Source of the DNA: an uncultured Methanobrevibacter sp.
GTDB lineage: Archaea; Methanobacteriota; Methanobacteria; Methanobacteriales; Methanobacteriaceae
Strand: one strand, 5' to 3'
DNA: 63,216 bases
Assembly (NCBI RefSeq): GCF_902771225.1
Contig: NZ_CACXWH010000001.1
Part shown: positions 60,820 through 63,216 of the stretch, one piece after another
Layout: each line of letters begins with the position of its first letter
Position numbering within the stretch: position 1 is the first letter of the stretch
Notes under the pieces: generated by a model
Database searches by the model: none
What the model saw: the letters and a program-made list of their open reading frames with translations, nothing else
What the model was told of the DNA's origin: nothing
Translations under genes and position numbers: made by a program

Positions 60820-62331
60820 ATGGGTATTGAGGTAGCTAAAAAACATTTTAAAACTCCTGCGGAGTATAAAAGATTTAAAAAATTAATTAATGAGACAAAA
60901 ATTTATGATGAACCATCTTCATTAAATGGCCAGTTAAGACCTTATCAAAAAATGGGTTATTCTTGGCTGGTTCAAAATATCAAATATAAATTTGGAAGCA
61001 TTTTGGCAGATGATATGGGTCTTGGAAAAACTATACAGATATTAACTGCAATTCTTTACTTTAAAGAGCAAAATAAACTAGATAATAGGCCTTCATTAAT
61101 TATTGTCCCACCAACATTAATATCAAATTGGGAAAATGAAATTAACAAGTTCACTCCTGATCTAACCTATTATATATATCATGGATCTAATAGAACTTAT
61201 CCCTTGGAAGATTATGACATTATTTTAACGTCTTATGGTGTTGTTCGGCTGGATTTGGATTTATTTTTAGATGAGACATGGCTTCTGTGTATTATTGATG
61301 AAGCTCAAAATATTAAAAATCCTAATACGGAACAAACAAAAGCGATAAAAAGTATTAAAGCCTCAACTAAAGTTGCTCTAACCGGTACCCCTATTGAAAA
61401 TAATTTAATGGATTATTGGTCAATTTTTGATTTTGTTAATAAAGGTTATTTATCTACAAAAGATGATTTTAAACGAAATTATGCCGTTCCTATTGAAAAA
61501 TTAGAGGATGAAGAGGTTCTAGAAAACCTTAGAACAATAGCCAAGCCATTTGTTATGAGGCGTCTTAAAAGTGATGAGGATATTAAAAAAGAATTGCCTG
61601 ATAAATTTGTCAATGATATTTATGCTACATTATCTAAAAAACAAATTAGATTGTATAATGCTATTTTAGATGAAATATTTTTTGATATTGAAAATTCTAA
61701 GGGTATTCAAAGAAAGGGTATTATCCTTAAAATATTAACTGCTTTAAAACAAACTTGCAATCATCCCGCTCAATTTTTAGACATTAAAAATCCCAAGATT
61801 TCGGAATCTGGAAAAATGGAGTTGTTGGCTGATATTTTGCAAAATATTCTTGATGCAGGTGAAAAAGTAATTATTTTCACTCAATATGTAGAAATGGGAA
61901 AACTTATTCAGGAATTAATCTCTAAAAAGTTCAAAGAGGAAGTTTTATTTTTGCACGGTTCTCAAACCCTTAAAGAAAAAACAAAAATCATTGATACTTT
62001 TCAGGAAGATAAAAATTATAAAATATTTGTTGCCACTTTAAAAACTGGAGGAACAGGTTTGAATCTCACTGCCGCCCAAAATGTTATTCATTATGATTTA
62101 TGGTGGAATCCTGCCGTTGAAAATCAGGCAACTGATAGGGTTCACAGAATCGGTCAAGAAAATGATGTGATGGTATACAGATTCATTACTAAAGGAACCT
62201 TGGAAGAAACTATTAACGAAATAAGTAAGCATAAAATCGATTTGGCCAGCAAATCCATTAGTAATGATGAAACATTCATTACTGAAATGAGTGATGAAGA
62301 ATTAAAAGATGTTTTATCCTTGAGGATTTAG
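60820..62331 (+). CDS. SNF2-family ATPase (core only)
   Basis: LRPYQ, LADDMGLGKT, DEAQNIKN, LTGTPIEN, MRRLK, GGTGLNLT, WWNP..ENQATDR.HRIGQ. Confidence 0.93.
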   Translation: MGIEVAKKHFKTPAEYKRFKKLINETKIYDEPSSLNGQLRPYQKMGYSWLVQNIKYKFGSILADDMGLGKTIQILTAILYFKEQNKLDNRPSLIIVPPTLISNWENEINKFTPDLTYYIYHGSNRTYPLEDYDIILTSYGVVRLDLDLFLDETWLLCIIDEAQNIKNPNTEQTKAIKSIKASTKVALTGTPIENNLMDYWSIFDFVNKGYLSTKDDFKRNYAVPIEKLEDEEVLENLRTIAKPFVMRRLKSDEDIKKELPDKFVNDIYATLSKKQIRLYNAILDEIFFDIENSKGIQRKGIILKILTALKQTCNHPAQFLDIKNPKISESGKMELLADILQNILDAGEKVIIFTQYVEMGKLIQELISKKFKEEVLFLHGSQTLKEKTKIIDTFQEDKNYKIFVATLKTGGTGLNLTAAQNVIHYDLWWNPAVENQATDRVHRIGQENDVMVYRFITKGTLEETINEISKHKIDLASKSISNDETFITEMSDEELKDVLSLRI

Positions 62332-62371
62332 CCTTTTATCCTTTAATTATTCATTGGATGTGAAATCTATT

Positions 62372-62968
62372 TTAATCACTCAGATCTTTTGTAATACTAA
62401 TGCTTTCGCGAGAATACTTTTCCGGATTATCTATAATTTCTAAAGCTATTTTTTCAACAGATTCAATTGATGTGCGATAACCCGGAGCGGTTTCACCTTT
62501 TTTAGTTATAACATAATCATCTTCATCCCCATGTTCTAAATAGCCTGCCCTTATAATTGTATAGTCAACATTACTATTTTCAATAATTCCTGCGGCATAC
62601 TGGTTTGGAATTTGACTTTGATCATTGTCAACATTAAATTCAGCACCATCACCCTCAAGCTCATTGTAAATTCCAACTGAAGCCATAAAAATAAATCTTT
62701 TAGGATTCAAATTTACGATATTATCCACCATAACAGGAATATAATCTCCAGATATTGCAAAATAAATCAAATCTTGATTTTTTAAAGCTTTTTTCAAGTC
62801 TTTAATGTTGGTTGCATCAATACTTCGGGCAGTAATTCTATGATTATCCTCATAGAAATTACCTGCACTTTTTGAAATAAGTGTTAATTTATGATTTGTA
62901 ACTGCAAGTAACTTTGTTGTAAATGTTATTCCAAATTTTCCAGTTGCTCCAAGAATAGCTATGTTCAT
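62372..62968 (-). CDS. NAD(P)-binding Rossmann protein (atypical SDR/NmrA-like)
   Basis: ILGATGKFG, DAT...L..AL..QD, GIYNE, DYTIIRAG. Confidence 0.85.
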   Translation of the reverse strand: MNIAILGATGKFGITFTTKLLAVTNHKLTLISKSAGNFYEDNHRITARSIDATNIKDLKKALKNQDLIYFAISGDYIPVMVDNIVNLNPKRFIFMASVGIYNELEGDGAEFNVDNDQSQIPNQYAAGIIENSNVDYTIIRAGYLEHGDEDDYVITKKGETAPGYRTSIESVEKIALEIIDNPEKYSRESISITKDLSD

Positions 62969-63128
62969 TTTTTCACCTGATTAAATCTTTGAATAATCTA
63001 GAAGTAATAATTTGTTATTCAAATAATTTTTTTTCAAAAATATTTCATATTTAAATATTATTTTAATTGAGTAATTATTCTCTCATGTTATGATGCAAAA
63101 CTTTCTTTCTTTTTTTGTTTAACTTTAT

Positions 63129-63216
63129 TGTGCAAGAATTCTCCGGCTTCTTTAAGCCGGGGGATGAATTGCACATTTAGTGGGTTAGTGTCTATATTTT
63201 TTTTTATGTGGATGGG
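63129..63216 (+). mobile_element. Probable IS200/IS605 left end, running off the window
   Basis: GC-rich hairpin TTCTCCGGCTT-CTTT-AAGCCGGGGGA (63139-63164) with outer GTGCAA/TTGCAC arms, preceded by TAM-like TTTAT (63124-63128). Confidence 0.65.

Noticed and set aside
1-63216. Whole window as a composite transposon or circular element bounded by IS ends
   Set aside because: Contents are core chromosomal genes (ribosomal protein, tRNAs, thermosome), the two hairpins differ, and the ends face outward from separate elements; contig breakage is simpler.

Overview
AT-rich chromosomal segment of a methanogenic archaeon, most consistent with Methanobrevibacter (Methanobacteriales). The evidence is an archaeal histone, thermosome, S17e, Elp3, Hel308, CarS, Tes-type radical SAM, methanofuran (MfnD/MfnF), methanopterin (RFAP synthase) and coenzyme B (AksE-like) genes. 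Both window ends fall in IS200/IS605 elements: a tnpB 3' end with omega-RNA scaffold and right end at 1-249, and a probable left-end hairpin at about 63129-63216. The first 27 kb is a transport/metal-homeostasis region with a MacB/FtsX-type ABC system, a CadC-like regulator plus P1B ATPase, two Ni/peptide ABC systems interleaved with two paralogous GNATs, a MATE exporter and a QueG-like Fe-S protein. The middle is mostly housekeeping, with two tRNAs (Val-GAC, Phe-GAA) and a decayed IS1182-like remnant. The right end carries three winged-helix regulators next to a helically phased 11-bp tandem array. The best leads for undescribed biology are (i) the Ni-ABC/GNAT/MATE/Fe-S module with a shared AGTATTACT promoter palindrome and (ii) the wHTH trio with its 11/22-bp array. 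A DeoC-like probable pseudo-enzyme, a 31-aa-repeat coiled-coil protein and a bacterial-type RNase HI are also worth checking. All family assignments come from motif recognition only; no database searches were run.
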